Below, one piece after another: positions 37,274-46,122 of a DNA stretch of 64,000 nucleotides. Source of the DNA: an uncultured Candidatus Bathyarchaeia archaeon (GTDB taxonomy: Archaea; Thermoproteota; Bathyarchaeia; Bathyarchaeales; Bathycorpusculaceae). Numbering within the stretch: position 1 is the first letter of the stretch; every line of letters starts with the position of its first letter. The notes under the pieces were generated by a model that was not told where the DNA came from, did not search any database, and was given only the letters and a program-made list of their open reading frames with translations. Both the position numbers and the translations under genes were made by a program. Where the stretch lies: NCBI GenBank assembly GCA_964544495.1, contig CAZJBY010000005.1, forward strand, positions 11,081 to 75,080, in the 5' to 3' direction.

Positions 37274-37660
37274 TTACCAAGGAGGAGTTCCCGTTTGGAT
37301 CAGGCGTCGATTGTATTCATTGCAGAGGTTGTATGCGTCAAATATGTTCCAAATCCAGAAAGCTACCGGCAGAAACAGCGGCAGTATTAGCCAGAAGAAG
37401 AACAAGGCGATTATCGCTGTCAAGGGAATTCCTATGAAAAGAAACAGCAAACCTCTGCCTATTTGTCCAGCGTACATCTGACCTAAGCCTGGAAGTATAA
37501 GTGAAAGAATCGCGGCTAAACCTGAACTCTTAGTTCCCACGGTCACCCTTGAAACAGGCACTTCCCTTTGCGTCGGCATGACCTTCAATGGATTACCGCA
37601 ATAAGGGCACACATTCATCTCTTCAGTTACTTCTTTCCCACATTTAGGACAAAAAGGCAC
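37274..37660 (-). CDS. zinc-ribbon plus TM2-domain membrane protein
   Basis: MPFCPKCGKEV...CPYCGNPL followed by GLAAILSLILPGLGQMYAGQ (TM2-like). Confidence 0.65.
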   Translation of the reverse strand: MPFCPKCGKEVTEEMNVCPYCGNPLKVMPTQREVPVSRVTVGTKSSGLAAILSLILPGLGQMYAGQIGRGLLFLFIGIPLTAIIALFFFWLILPLFLPVAFWIWNIFDAYNLCNEYNRRLIQTGTPPW

Positions 37661-37860
37661 CTTTCCTCTCTCCTCAAAGCCTCATATTGCGGCTATGCAA
37701 ATAAAAAATTTGTGAAATTATTGAGAATTTTGGAAACTTTTACGGTTTGAGTAGCAATTTAAAACAGCAACATACTTTGCAAGAAGGAATGAACTCAAGA
37801 AACAAGGCAAGGTCATAAATAGAAGCTGAAAATCTAAATGGTGAAAGGTGCCGCACTCAG

Positions 37861-38304
37861 ATGACTGTACTGTCAGATAATGAAATTCTTTCTTTAATTA
37901 ATGAAAGAAGTATAATCATAGAGCCATTCTTGAAAGATAGACTGACATCCGCGGGATACGATTTCTCGTCTGGAACCACTTTTGACCTGCAGCCAAAGCA
38001 GCAGAAGCTGGTAGCCACAGCGGAACGTATTGGGCTGCCCGCTGACATTTTGGGGACGATCCATCTGAGGTCCTCTCTGTGCAGAGAAGGGCTTATTGGA
38101 AGTTTCGCGGTAATCGACCCAGGATTTAAGGGAAAGTTAACTTTGTCCTTATTTAACTCAGGTGAGTCACCTGTTCATATAGAAAAAAATGAGCCTTTTG
38201 CTCAAGTGTTATTCCATAAAACAGGAAAACCGTCCAGCAGCCCTTACCACGGCAGATATCAGGATAGCTTAGGATTAGTGAAGAGCAGAAGGAAACCTAA
38301 ATAG
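37861..38304 (+). CDS. dCTP deaminase/dUTPase-family protein
   Basis: LSDNEI...GYDFS...IHLRSSLCREGL...VIDPGFKGKLTLSLFN is the trimeric dUTPase-fold signature. Confidence 0.7.
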   Translation: MTVLSDNEILSLINERSIIIEPFLKDRLTSAGYDFSSGTTFDLQPKQQKLVATAERIGLPADILGTIHLRSSLCREGLIGSFAVIDPGFKGKLTLSLFNSGESPVHIEKNEPFAQVLFHKTGKPSSSPYHGRYQDSLGLVKSRRKPK

Positions 38305-38316
38305 CTCGTTGCTGCT

Positions 38317-38574
38317 TTACCAACGTCTTCTTCTTTCACTAGTCTTCTCTTTCAATTCCTTCAACCGTTCTTCCGAGAGATAGTATTTGCCATCAACTTC
38401 CACAAAAACACCCAACTGCCCCAAACGTCTCTTCATCCTCCCCTTGAATTCGGCTGGAAGACCAAGCTCCTCTGCGGTCAGAGGAGCTTGGTCTGGGCTT
38501 AAAGCGCCCTTCTTTCGGAACTTCTCTATGGTCTCTATCAGATGCTCCCTTATCTCGGCGCGCCTTCTAAACAT
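38317..38574 (-). CDS. hypothetical small basic protein
   Basis: 85-aa ORF with charged helical composition. Confidence 0.4.
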   Translation of the reverse strand: MFRRRAEIREHLIETIEKFRKKGALSPDQAPLTAEELGLPAEFKGRMKRRLGQLGVFVEVDGKYYLSEERLKELKEKTSERRRRW

Positions 38575-38649
38575 GCAACTTCACCAGCTAAGGCTTAACT
38601 GATCGGTTCACTATAACATTTTCCAACTCATAAACTCCTCAGGGCTGCA

Positions 38650-39243
38650 TTGTATAATGGGATGAGAATATATTGTTGCGAACTCTTAACTCCACTTATG
38701 CTGATTCGCCAATTGGCTAGCGTCGTAACTCTTCCGGTCGCAGTGCTCGTCATTCTGCCCGCTGCGCTGGTCTGTTTATTCTCGTATGTTCCTTTTTGGG
38801 GCATCCCATATCTTGCCGCAATGTTCCTTCTTGTTGCGGGTTTAGTTTTGACTGGTTTAGGCTTTATCCTGCTTTATTCAACAATTTCGCTTTTCATCAA
38901 AAAAGGAAACGGCACAATCGCTCCTTGGGATCCCCCGAAAAGGCTCATAGTAACTGGGGTTTATGCTCATGTTCGTAATCCAATGCATGTTGGAGTGTTC
39001 TTTATTTTGGCTGGAGAAAGTATTCTCATTGGCTCTGTTGCGGTAGCGCTTTGGACGTTGCTGTTTATTTTAGGTAACTTGTTCTACGTTCCAATGGTGG
39101 AGGAGCAGAAGCTGGCGAAAAGGTTTCGCGATGAGTATCTGATTTACAAACAAAACGTTCCCAGATGGATTCCACGCTTATCTTCTTGGAAACCAAGAGC
39201 AGAACCGCTTGATGCACATGTAGTCTCCGTACATAATTCTTAA
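38650..39243 (+). CDS. isoprenylcysteine carboxyl / phospholipid methyltransferase-family membrane protein
   Basis: LIVTGVYAHVRNPMHVG...EEQKLAKRFRDEYLIYKQNVPRWIPR. Confidence 0.7.
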   Translation: MYNGMRIYCCELLTPLMLIRQLASVVTLPVAVLVILPAALVCLFSYVPFWGIPYLAAMFLLVAGLVLTGLGFILLYSTISLFIKKGNGTIAPWDPPKRLIVTGVYAHVRNPMHVGVFFILAGESILIGSVAVALWTLLFILGNLFYVPMVEEQKLAKRFRDEYLIYKQNVPRWIPRLSSWKPRAEPLDAHVVSVHNS

Positions 39244-39853
39244 ATATTTTCGTAGGCTATTTACTAGTGAGGGAAAGAGTCAAGTCTATCCCGAAAATTT
39301 CAAAGCTTCAGCGATACAGAAATTACTTGAACACGAAGCTGAGTGACAAGGGTTCAAATTTACGCAAATAGCAATGAGTGCGTTGCTATCAATCACGTTA
39401 TTTCCCGCATGAACACATGCAACTTCGAAATACTCTTTCCCTCTCCCGTTTTTTCTTCAAAATTCGTTTTTCAAAATGGGTGCTTTCACTTTTCCTTTAT
39501 CCATCGTGCAATAATAATTAAATATTGCAATTTTGGCTTAGTAAAACGCCAAAAATTAAGTTTATCTGTTAATTTTTTCTAGGGAAACAACTTTGTTACT
39601 TCGAAGTTCGAAGCTTGCGCGACAAGAACTGCTATAACCTTAATCGTCTATGGATTTATCATGCGAAAACAATCTCCGCTTATGGACATAGAGCAAAACC
39701 AGAAGTCTGATGATGCTTTATTGAAGCAGTTGGCCAAGGTTATCGAAGTTTTGCCGGATTTAGAGGATTAACTCTCAACCTATCAACCTGTTTTTGGATA
39801 GCTTACCCGTTTCAAAGAGCAAAAATGGTTATTAACGAGAAAACAAATAGGCA

Positions 39854-40330
39854 GTGCAAGGAGAAACAAAGATGATAGATATTGCAGTTATTCCGTTTGC
39901 AACATTTATAGTAATGCTTGTCGCGGTTGCTGTTTCCTTTCTTAACATGGTAATAAACCGCCTTTTGATCACCCGCATTTGCGGATGGGAAGAATACAAA
40001 ATAATGCGCAAGGAAACATCTGAATACCAGTCTCAGCTGATGGCGGCCATGCGCGCTAACGACACAAAGCGCGTCGAGAAACTGAAAAAGAAAGAAACAC
40101 AAATAAGAAACATGCAAAGCAAGATGATGAAGCCACAAGCAATACTGCTCCCTATTTCCTTCAGTTACATATTAATTTGGGTCTTCTTATTAACACCAAC
40201 TAATTTTCCAAATCCTGTGGCATTCGTTCCCGGATTAGGCGCTATACCTGTGTTATATTGGTATATGCTCTGTTCTTTCTTCTTTGGCACTCTTGCTTCT
40301 CGCATAATAGGTGTAACGCCTATAGCGTAA
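39854..40330 (+). CDS. DUF106-family membrane protein (archaeal YidC/EMC3-like)
   Basis: TM, then coiled region (EYQSQLMAAMRANDTKRVEKLKKKE...MMKPQ), then TMs. Canonical position before cmk. Confidence 0.7.
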   Translation: MQGETKMIDIAVIPFATFIVMLVAVAVSFLNMVINRLLITRICGWEEYKIMRKETSEYQSQLMAAMRANDTKRVEKLKKKETQIRNMQSKMMKPQAILLPISFSYILIWVFLLTPTNFPNPVAFVPGLGAIPVLYWYMLCSFFFGTLASRIIGVTPIA

Positions 40331-40339
40331 AACGCATGG

Positions 40340-40963
40340 TTGAGCGCTATGACCAGAAACGAAAAGGCGAAAAGCGCTCCCGAGAAAAAAACAGTGGTAT
40401 GCATTTCTGGAATGGCTGGAACCGGAAAGAGCACGTTATCTAAGAGGCTCGCCAAAAAATACGAGTTAAGGTACTACTCAGGCGGAGACGCATTAAAGGT
40501 TTTAGCAGCAGAGGAAGGATACGATTCAGTCAGTCGCGGATGGTGGGAAAGCCCCGAGGGCCTCAACTTTTTGAAAAAAAGAGAAGAAAACCTTGAATTT
40601 GACAAAGCCGTCGATGATAAACTCTTGGAATACGCGCAGCAAGGGCGTGTTCTTTTAGATAGTTGGACAATGCCGTGGTTGCTTAAAACGGGTTTCAAAA
40701 TATGGTTAGCGGCTTCAGTGGAAAAGCGAGCGGAAAGGATAGCCAAGAGAGACAAAATCCCCCTAAAAGAAGCCTTGCAAGTGTTGAAAGAAAAAGAAGC
40801 AAGAACAAAAGCCATCTACAAGAAACTTTACGGCTTTACGTTAGGCGAAGATTTCGAGCCGTTCCATATGGTTTTGGATACTGACAACTTGAACGCAGGA
40901 GACGTTTTTCAAGTTCTCTGCATGGTAATGGATAATGTTGTCCTCAAAAGTGGGAATCGATAG
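40340..40963 (+). CDS. cmk: cytidylate kinase, archaeal type
   Basis: P-loop ISGMAGTGKSTLSKRLA. Size and operon position fit. The first ATG is at 40349. Confidence 0.7.
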   Translation: MSAMTRNEKAKSAPEKKTVVCISGMAGTGKSTLSKRLAKKYELRYYSGGDALKVLAAEEGYDSVSRGWWESPEGLNFLKKREENLEFDKAVDDKLLEYAQQGRVLLDSWTMPWLLKTGFKIWLAASVEKRAERIAKRDKIPLKEALQVLKEKEARTKAIYKKLYGFTLGEDFEPFHMVLDTDNLNAGDVFQVLCMVMDNVVLKSGNR

Positions 40964-41084
40964 TACTCTAGTGATTTGCTTAAAAGTAAAATAATAAGAT
41001 ACCACAAGTTTTAAAACCAAAATTCAACTTTATACGATATTTCTCCGCAGAACAATTCTTTGGAACGGGGAGGGGATCAAGTCG

Positions 41085-41474
41085 ATGAAATTCCAAAGCA
41101 GTCGCTTAGTTACAGGACTCTTCTTGGAAGCAATAACGCTATGCCTGATAGCCTCCTTCCGTTTCATCAACATCGCCGCCACAGCCACACTCTCAATCTT
41201 TAACCTGCTCTTTCTCTCCCTCACCATTCACTTGAACGGAACCCTCAACAAAAAACTGGGCATCCTAGCCTTAGGCAACATTATAGGTCTATTTTGGAAC
41301 TTCGTTCTCCAATACTTCGCCGTCGCTGGAGTCGCTTTCTTTGGGGAATCATTTAACGCTTTCTACGCAGTTTCTTATCCTTTTCTAAATTTCACGTGGG
41401 TCGTGTCCTTCTGGTCCATGAGCCTAGCGTTTCTTCCTAAGCCCAAAAGCACTCAAGCAGAGGTGAAACCTTGA
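41085..41474 (+). CDS. small polytopic membrane protein (4-nt overlap with the downstream synthase)
   Basis: 129 aa, about 4 TM helices. Overlaps the GT2 start. Confidence 0.55.
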   Translation: MKFQSSRLVTGLFLEAITLCLIASFRFINIAATATLSIFNLLFLSLTIHLNGTLNKKLGILALGNIIGLFWNFVLQYFAVAGVAFFGESFNAFYAVSYPFLNFTWVVSFWSMSLAFLPKPKSTQAEVKP

Positions 41475-42751
41475 TTACCGAAGTGATGCAAGCCATATTC
41501 CTGTTTTCAACTGTGCTGATGGCAGCTTACCTCGTCAGACACTACATTTTCACATTAACCGTTCTGAGAAGAACCAAAAAAACCAGAAGCAACCCTGCTT
41601 TAGACGCGAAGTACAAACCCGAAGTCTCCATCCTGATCCCAGCACGCGATGAGGAGCACGTAATTGGACGACTGCTACAGCGGATGACTCAGCTCACCTA
41701 TCCACACGATAAACTCCAAGTCATAACCATTGACGACGCTTCATCTGACATAACAGGACAGATCGCCGAAGAATTTTCAAAGCGCTATTCATTCATCGAA
41801 ATGCTGCACCGCGATAAAAACACCGGCGGCAAAGGCAAAGCCTCAGCCATGAACGCTGGATTAAAACGTTCAACAGGCGAAGTCGTGCTTTGCTTCGATG
41901 CGCACTACTACCCGCAGAGAGACATTGTCGAGAAACTTGTAAAGGAATTTATTGACCCCACGGTTGGCGCGGTGCAGGGACGCCCTGTGGTCTTGAACGA
42001 AGCGCAAAACATCGTAACGCGATTAGTAACACTGGAGAGAATCGGCGGCTACCGAGTTGACCAAGAAGCGCGTGATAACCTAGGCCTTATACCTCAGTTC
42101 GGCGGCACAGTCGGCGGCTTCAGGCGAAGCATCTTGGAAGAACTGGGCGGTTTTGACGAGTCAGCGTTGACTGAAGATACGGACCTGACGTTTCAAATTT
42201 ACCTCGCCGGCTTCAAGGTTCGCTACGTAGGCGACGCTGAATGCTATGAAGAAGCCGTGGACAACTGGAAAGCGTACTGGCGGCAGAGGCACAGGTGGGC
42301 GAGAGGACACATGCAAGTATGCTTAAAGCACGCGCCGCGCGTCTTACGAAGCAAAAAACTGAATGCGAAAAAGAAAATTGACGGTCTGCTTCTTCTGCAC
42401 GTGTATTTCGTACCTGTTCTAACTCTGCTCGCGTTGTTTGCGGGCGTTTTCCTTGTTATCTCTCAGGCTTCACAATTTGCTAACATCCTTTGGCTTTTTG
42501 TGCCCGTGTCCTTTTACAGTGTCGTAGGCAACTTTGCGCCGTTTTTTGAAATCGGTATTGGTGCCTATTTGGATGGTAGAACAAGACTCCAGTGGCTGGT
42601 TCCTCTTTTGCTTTTCGCGTATCTGTATAACATCCTAATCTGGACAAAGGCTTTTTTGGATCTTTTTGCTGCGAAAGTGTTTAGGAAAAGTCAGGGTGAT
42701 TGGGCGAAGACTCGTCATCTGGGCAATGGAAAATGTTATGTTGAGAATTAA
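41471..42751 (+). CDS. membrane-embedded processive family 2 glycosyltransferase (polysaccharide synthase-like)
   Basis: N-terminal TM, SILIPARDEE, DDASSD, CFDAHYY, QRHRWARG (QxxRW), C-terminal TM bundle. Confidence 0.75.
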   Translation: MITEVMQAIFLFSTVLMAAYLVRHYIFTLTVLRRTKKTRSNPALDAKYKPEVSILIPARDEEHVIGRLLQRMTQLTYPHDKLQVITIDDASSDITGQIAEEFSKRYSFIEMLHRDKNTGGKGKASAMNAGLKRSTGEVVLCFDAHYYPQRDIVEKLVKEFIDPTVGAVQGRPVVLNEAQNIVTRLVTLERIGGYRVDQEARDNLGLIPQFGGTVGGFRRSILEELGGFDESALTEDTDLTFQIYLAGFKVRYVGDAECYEEAVDNWKAYWRQRHRWARGHMQVCLKHAPRVLRSKKLNAKKKIDGLLLLHVYFVPVLTLLALFAGVFLVISQASQFANILWLFVPVSFYSVVGNFAPFFEIGIGAYLDGRTRLQWLVPLLLFAYLYNILIWTKAFLDLFAAKVFRKSQGDWAKTRHLGNGKCYVEN

Positions 42752-42775
42752 CCCATAATGGTCGAAAGACCCTGA

Positions 42776-43039
42776 ATGATTCCGAACCTGACTGCAATTA
42801 TCATAATAATTATAACAACCCCCCTTCTCATAATTATCACGTTCTTACCTGCTTTTATTGAACTAAAAAAGCCAAAAGACGGAGGTCCACGAATGATAAC
42901 AGCGGAAATTCCTGAAGTGAACAGGCACATAAAGCATTTCATTCCCATCGCTAATATTGAAGATGAACAAAAATTCGACAGTTCGCTGATACAAGCATTG
43001 GCAAAGACCATCGCAGTTTTACCGAGCTTGGAAGTTTAG
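42776..43039 (+). CDS. small membrane protein
   Basis: 87 aa. N-terminal Ile-rich TM plus a soluble tail. Starts 25 nt after the synthase stop. Confidence 0.4.
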   Translation: MIPNLTAIIIIIITTPLLIIITFLPAFIELKKPKDGGPRMITAEIPEVNRHIKHFIPIANIEDEQKFDSSLIQALAKTIAVLPSLEV

Positions 43040-43047
43040 GGGCTTCT

Positions 43048-44079
43048 CTATATGAAAAGCTTGGCGTTTTTCCACTGATCTTTAGCCAGCGCCAGATTTC
43101 CGTAAGGGCTTCCGTAAAGCGAATAAAAAATGTAGCACAGATAGGCGCACTGTGTACATTCATTGTAAGTTTGGCGTAGCAACTCGAATTTTTTGCTGTT
43201 CCATATTTTGGGTAAATCAAACACTGAACCTGCGAAATTATGACTATGGCAACCCGCGATTCTGCCCAGATGGTCTATGACGAGAAAGTTCTGAAGCGCA
43301 CGGCAGTTCCACGTTCTTTTGCCCTCTTGAAAATATGTTCTAAGCACCTTCAACAACTTGGTCGTCATTAGAATTCTCCTGTTCTTCTTTTTCATCTCGA
43401 GTAGAGTATCGCAAAGCTTAACCATAGCCTGCCTGTCCTTTATGATGAACTCGTCATTTGCTTTTCCGATTCTAAAAAGCTGGTTTACGTCGCTAGTTTG
43501 GTCGTAAGAATAGAGGCAGTACCAAACTGGGATTCCTTTCTGAGTGAAGTAGTTTGTGATGTCCACGATTTCGTAAAGGTTCAGCTGCGAGATTGTGGGT
43601 GTTACGCTTACGTTTATTCCTTCGTTGTGCAGTGTTTCCACGGCTTCCATGGCTTTTCTCCAGGCGCCTGGAACAGCTTTTATGTAATCATTTTTGGCTT
43701 CGTCTAAGCTGTCTATTGAAATTGCCACAAAATCCACGTTTCGCAAAGCCTCAAGGTTTTTCTTGGCCATGCTGCCGTTGTCGTACACGGTGGTTATGAA
43801 AAGATTTGAAGCGTACTCGATTATTTCGGGAGCATCCTTTCTTAAAAGCGGGTCTCCCCCAGAGATCACAAGCTCTACAATGCCCAGGTCCTTCAAAATG
43901 TCCAGTCCCCGCTTTATCTCTTCGGTGGATAATTCTCTCTGGTCTTGTTCTTTCCAGACGTTGCAGCCCCTGCAGCGGTAATTGCATTTCCTCGTGATCA
44001 TCCACTGGGCATGATGGGGTCTGTTAGGCGTTAGCGCGCTTATGGCTATTCTGGAGGCTTTTCGCAATTTTATAGTCAA
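43048..44079 (-). CDS. radical SAM protein with a SPASM/twitch-like C-terminal Cys cluster
   Basis: CNYRCRGC (CxxxCxxC), GGDPLL. C-terminal C-x19-C ... CTQCAYLC. Confidence 0.7.
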   Translation of the reverse strand: MTIKLRKASRIAISALTPNRPHHAQWMITRKCNYRCRGCNVWKEQDQRELSTEEIKRGLDILKDLGIVELVISGGDPLLRKDAPEIIEYASNLFITTVYDNGSMAKKNLEALRNVDFVAISIDSLDEAKNDYIKAVPGAWRKAMEAVETLHNEGINVSVTPTISQLNLYEIVDITNYFTQKGIPVWYCLYSYDQTSDVNQLFRIGKANDEFIIKDRQAMVKLCDTLLEMKKKNRRILMTTKLLKVLRTYFQEGKRTWNCRALQNFLVIDHLGRIAGCHSHNFAGSVFDLPKIWNSKKFELLRQTYNECTQCAYLCYIFYSLYGSPYGNLALAKDQWKNAKLFI

Positions 44080-44286
44080 ATGTTAAGCACCATGTACGTC
44101 GATTGCGGCTGTTTTAATAGACTTAGCCCACACTTATATAAGTCATGAGGCAAAAAAGGGCGAAACTTTCGGGAATTGCTAAAAATGCAGATTTTTGTTG
44201 CCTGAAGAATTAGCTGATGTCTTGTAGTTTTATATAATGTGTTATTAAGAATCTTAATTAAGAAAATGGGTGGTTCAATAGTGAAT

Positions 44287-45027
44287 ATGCGCGTGGACGT
44301 TGTCTTAATTACAAAAAACAGTGAACGCCTGCTCAACGAATGCCTCAAGTCTGTGTATGAAAACGTTCCAGTCAACCGCCTAATAGTTGTCGATGGGTAT
44401 TCAACCGACAGGACATTGGAAATAGTGCGTCAGTTTCAGAAGAAACATGGAAACGTTTTGGTGATACAAGACAAAGGGACTCGTGCCACTGCGAGACAAA
44501 AAGGCATAAACCAGGTGAAAACCGAATGGTTCATGTTCGTTGATAGTGACGCGGTTCTTTGTAAGGACTGGTTCAAGAGAGCCGAGACACACTTGGGTGA
44601 GAACGTGGGCGCTGTCTGGGGAATCGAAGTTTGGTCTACAATAAAAAACCCTGTGGTTCTTAAACTGTTTTTGTTGGTAACGCGTAAAATCTTTGACCTT
44701 CGCGGTGGAACTCATGACACTCTTATCCGCACAGAACTTGTTAAAGACATAGAAATCCCGAAGGTCCTCCATGTTTTTGAGGACGCTTATATCAAGGATT
44801 GGATAATGCGAAAAGGGTACAAGCTGATTGCATGCTACAATCCATACTGCGTTCATCACAGGCCTGACAGCGTCTGGACTATTAGGGGTAGCTTAAACAT
44901 AATAGCCGATGCGATAAGGGCGGGCAGACTAACCTTGCTCATTAAATTGGCACTTGCCTACGGCTTCTACACGGCGTACTCGCTGTATCGATTTATCGGG
45001 GCTAATATAAGACGCGGAGGGACTTAG
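44287..45027 (+). CDS. family 2 glycosyltransferase, paralog of 49115-49891
   Basis: MRVDVVLITKNSERLLNECLKSVYENVPVNRLIVVDGYSTDRT...FVDSD. The ORF is open from 44239. Confidence 0.75.
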   Translation: MRVDVVLITKNSERLLNECLKSVYENVPVNRLIVVDGYSTDRTLEIVRQFQKKHGNVLVIQDKGTRATARQKGINQVKTEWFMFVDSDAVLCKDWFKRAETHLGENVGAVWGIEVWSTIKNPVVLKLFLLVTRKIFDLRGGTHDTLIRTELVKDIEIPKVLHVFEDAYIKDWIMRKGYKLIACYNPYCVHHRPDSVWTIRGSLNIIADAIRAGRLTLLIKLALAYGFYTAYSLYRFIGANIRRGGT

Positions 45028-45069
45028 TTTTAACGCTGTTTTTATCGCTCAATCCTGCTGGAACTGTTA

Positions 45070-45110
45070 GTCAAGAAACCTTGACTAAGCCAGGTCAAGA
45101 AACCTTGACA
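45070..45110 (+). promoter_or_regulatory. dual-palindrome operator, copy 3
   Basis: GTCAAGAAACCTTGACTAAGCCAGGTCAAGAAACCTTGACA, the reverse complement of the other copies, 65 nt upstream of ATG 45176. Confidence 0.7.
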
Positions 45111-45234
45111 AAAACTCTTAAATCGAACGCGAGTCTTTAATTTTATAAGAGGAATGAGCACAGAGGCAACATAAGATGTTCCTCTCCCAAAAGCCAGACA
45201 ACACAAAAAAACCTTCACAGCAACACTAGTCACA

Positions 45235-46071
45235 GTGCTGTTGACCTTGGTCTTAGCGTGGAGTCTGCTTGTAAACATAACAGAAGCCGACCCTATTTTA
45301 GACATGGGAGAAGTGCCTCCGAAATCGACAGCGGTCCCGCCAACAGTACTCATCCTGGACCCTCAAAACAACACTACAACCAGCACATCCAACATCTGGC
45401 TCGCTCTCAAAATTACCCCTGCGCGAGACCCTATCGCCAGGAGGCGGTGTAATCTTGTTGAAGTTTATTATTCGGCAAGCTGGCAACCGAACAAAGTGAC
45501 TGTTTTCAACGATGACGCTGGCGGATATGTGGTAGACGTTTGGCAAAATGAAATTGAACTGAAAAAGATACCGCAAGGCGTAAACTCCGTGACAGTTACA
45601 GCGGTTTATTATGGAGAATATTATCCTTACAAGTATCCCTACGCAGAAGCCTATTTCACGATAAGCGGTTCTTCAACCGTTACTTTTGCCGTAGACCTCA
45701 CCCCGCTCCACATCGGAATCCTGGCGCCGTACCCACAAGCGTACTCCACGTCGGACGTGGCGCTGACGCTCACAACAAACGAGAAAACCTCACAGCTGCA
45801 ATACAGCCTGGACGCGCAAGACAACATCACCATCAACGGAAACGCGACGCTCAGTGGGTTGACAGCGGGAAGCCACAACGTGACCGTTTACGGCTGGGAC
45901 CAGTTCGGAAACCCAGGCAACTCAGAAACCACAACCTTCACCATAACCGAGCCAGAGCAGCTCCCGACAAGCCAACTGATCGCCGCCTCCGCCGTGGCAT
46001 CAGCCACAGCCATATGCCTCGCACTCATAGTGTACTTCACAAAACGCAAGAAAAAGAAGACCACACAATAA
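45235..46071 (+). CDS. surface-protein family paralog, with the N-terminus out of frame with its ATG (A7 tract)
   Basis: The ORF from GTG 45235 aligns with 11291-12181. The homologous ATG 45176 is in the +2 frame and would join if the A7 run (45205-45211) were A8. Confidence 0.7.
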   Translation: MLLTLVLAWSLLVNITEADPILDMGEVPPKSTAVPPTVLILDPQNNTTTSTSNIWLALKITPARDPIARRRCNLVEVYYSASWQPNKVTVFNDDAGGYVVDVWQNEIELKKIPQGVNSVTVTAVYYGEYYPYKYPYAEAYFTISGSSTVTFAVDLTPLHIGILAPYPQAYSTSDVALTLTTNEKTSQLQYSLDAQDNITINGNATLSGLTAGSHNVTVYGWDQFGNPGNSETTTFTITEPEQLPTSQLIAASAVASATAICLALIVYFTKRKKKKTTQ

Positions 46072-46075
46072 AAAA
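45715..46075. repeat. 361-bp perfect inverted repeat, partner of 11287-11647
   Basis: Identical reverse complement, verified by eye across the tract. Confidence 0.9.
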
Positions 46076-46122
46076 GCACCCTGTTTTTACCCGGAAAAAG
46101 AAGGGTTTGTTTTCGTTTTCGC

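Noticed and set aside
42748-43011. A Cys-containing 87-aa - strand ORF downstream of the radical SAM/SPASM gene, considered as a possible RiPP precursor.
   Set aside because: It is the exact antisense of the + strand small-membrane-protein ORF, and its Ile-run mirrors that gene's TM segment. There is no leader/core-like organisation, so the + strand ORF is preferred. The choice is not decisive without transcript data.
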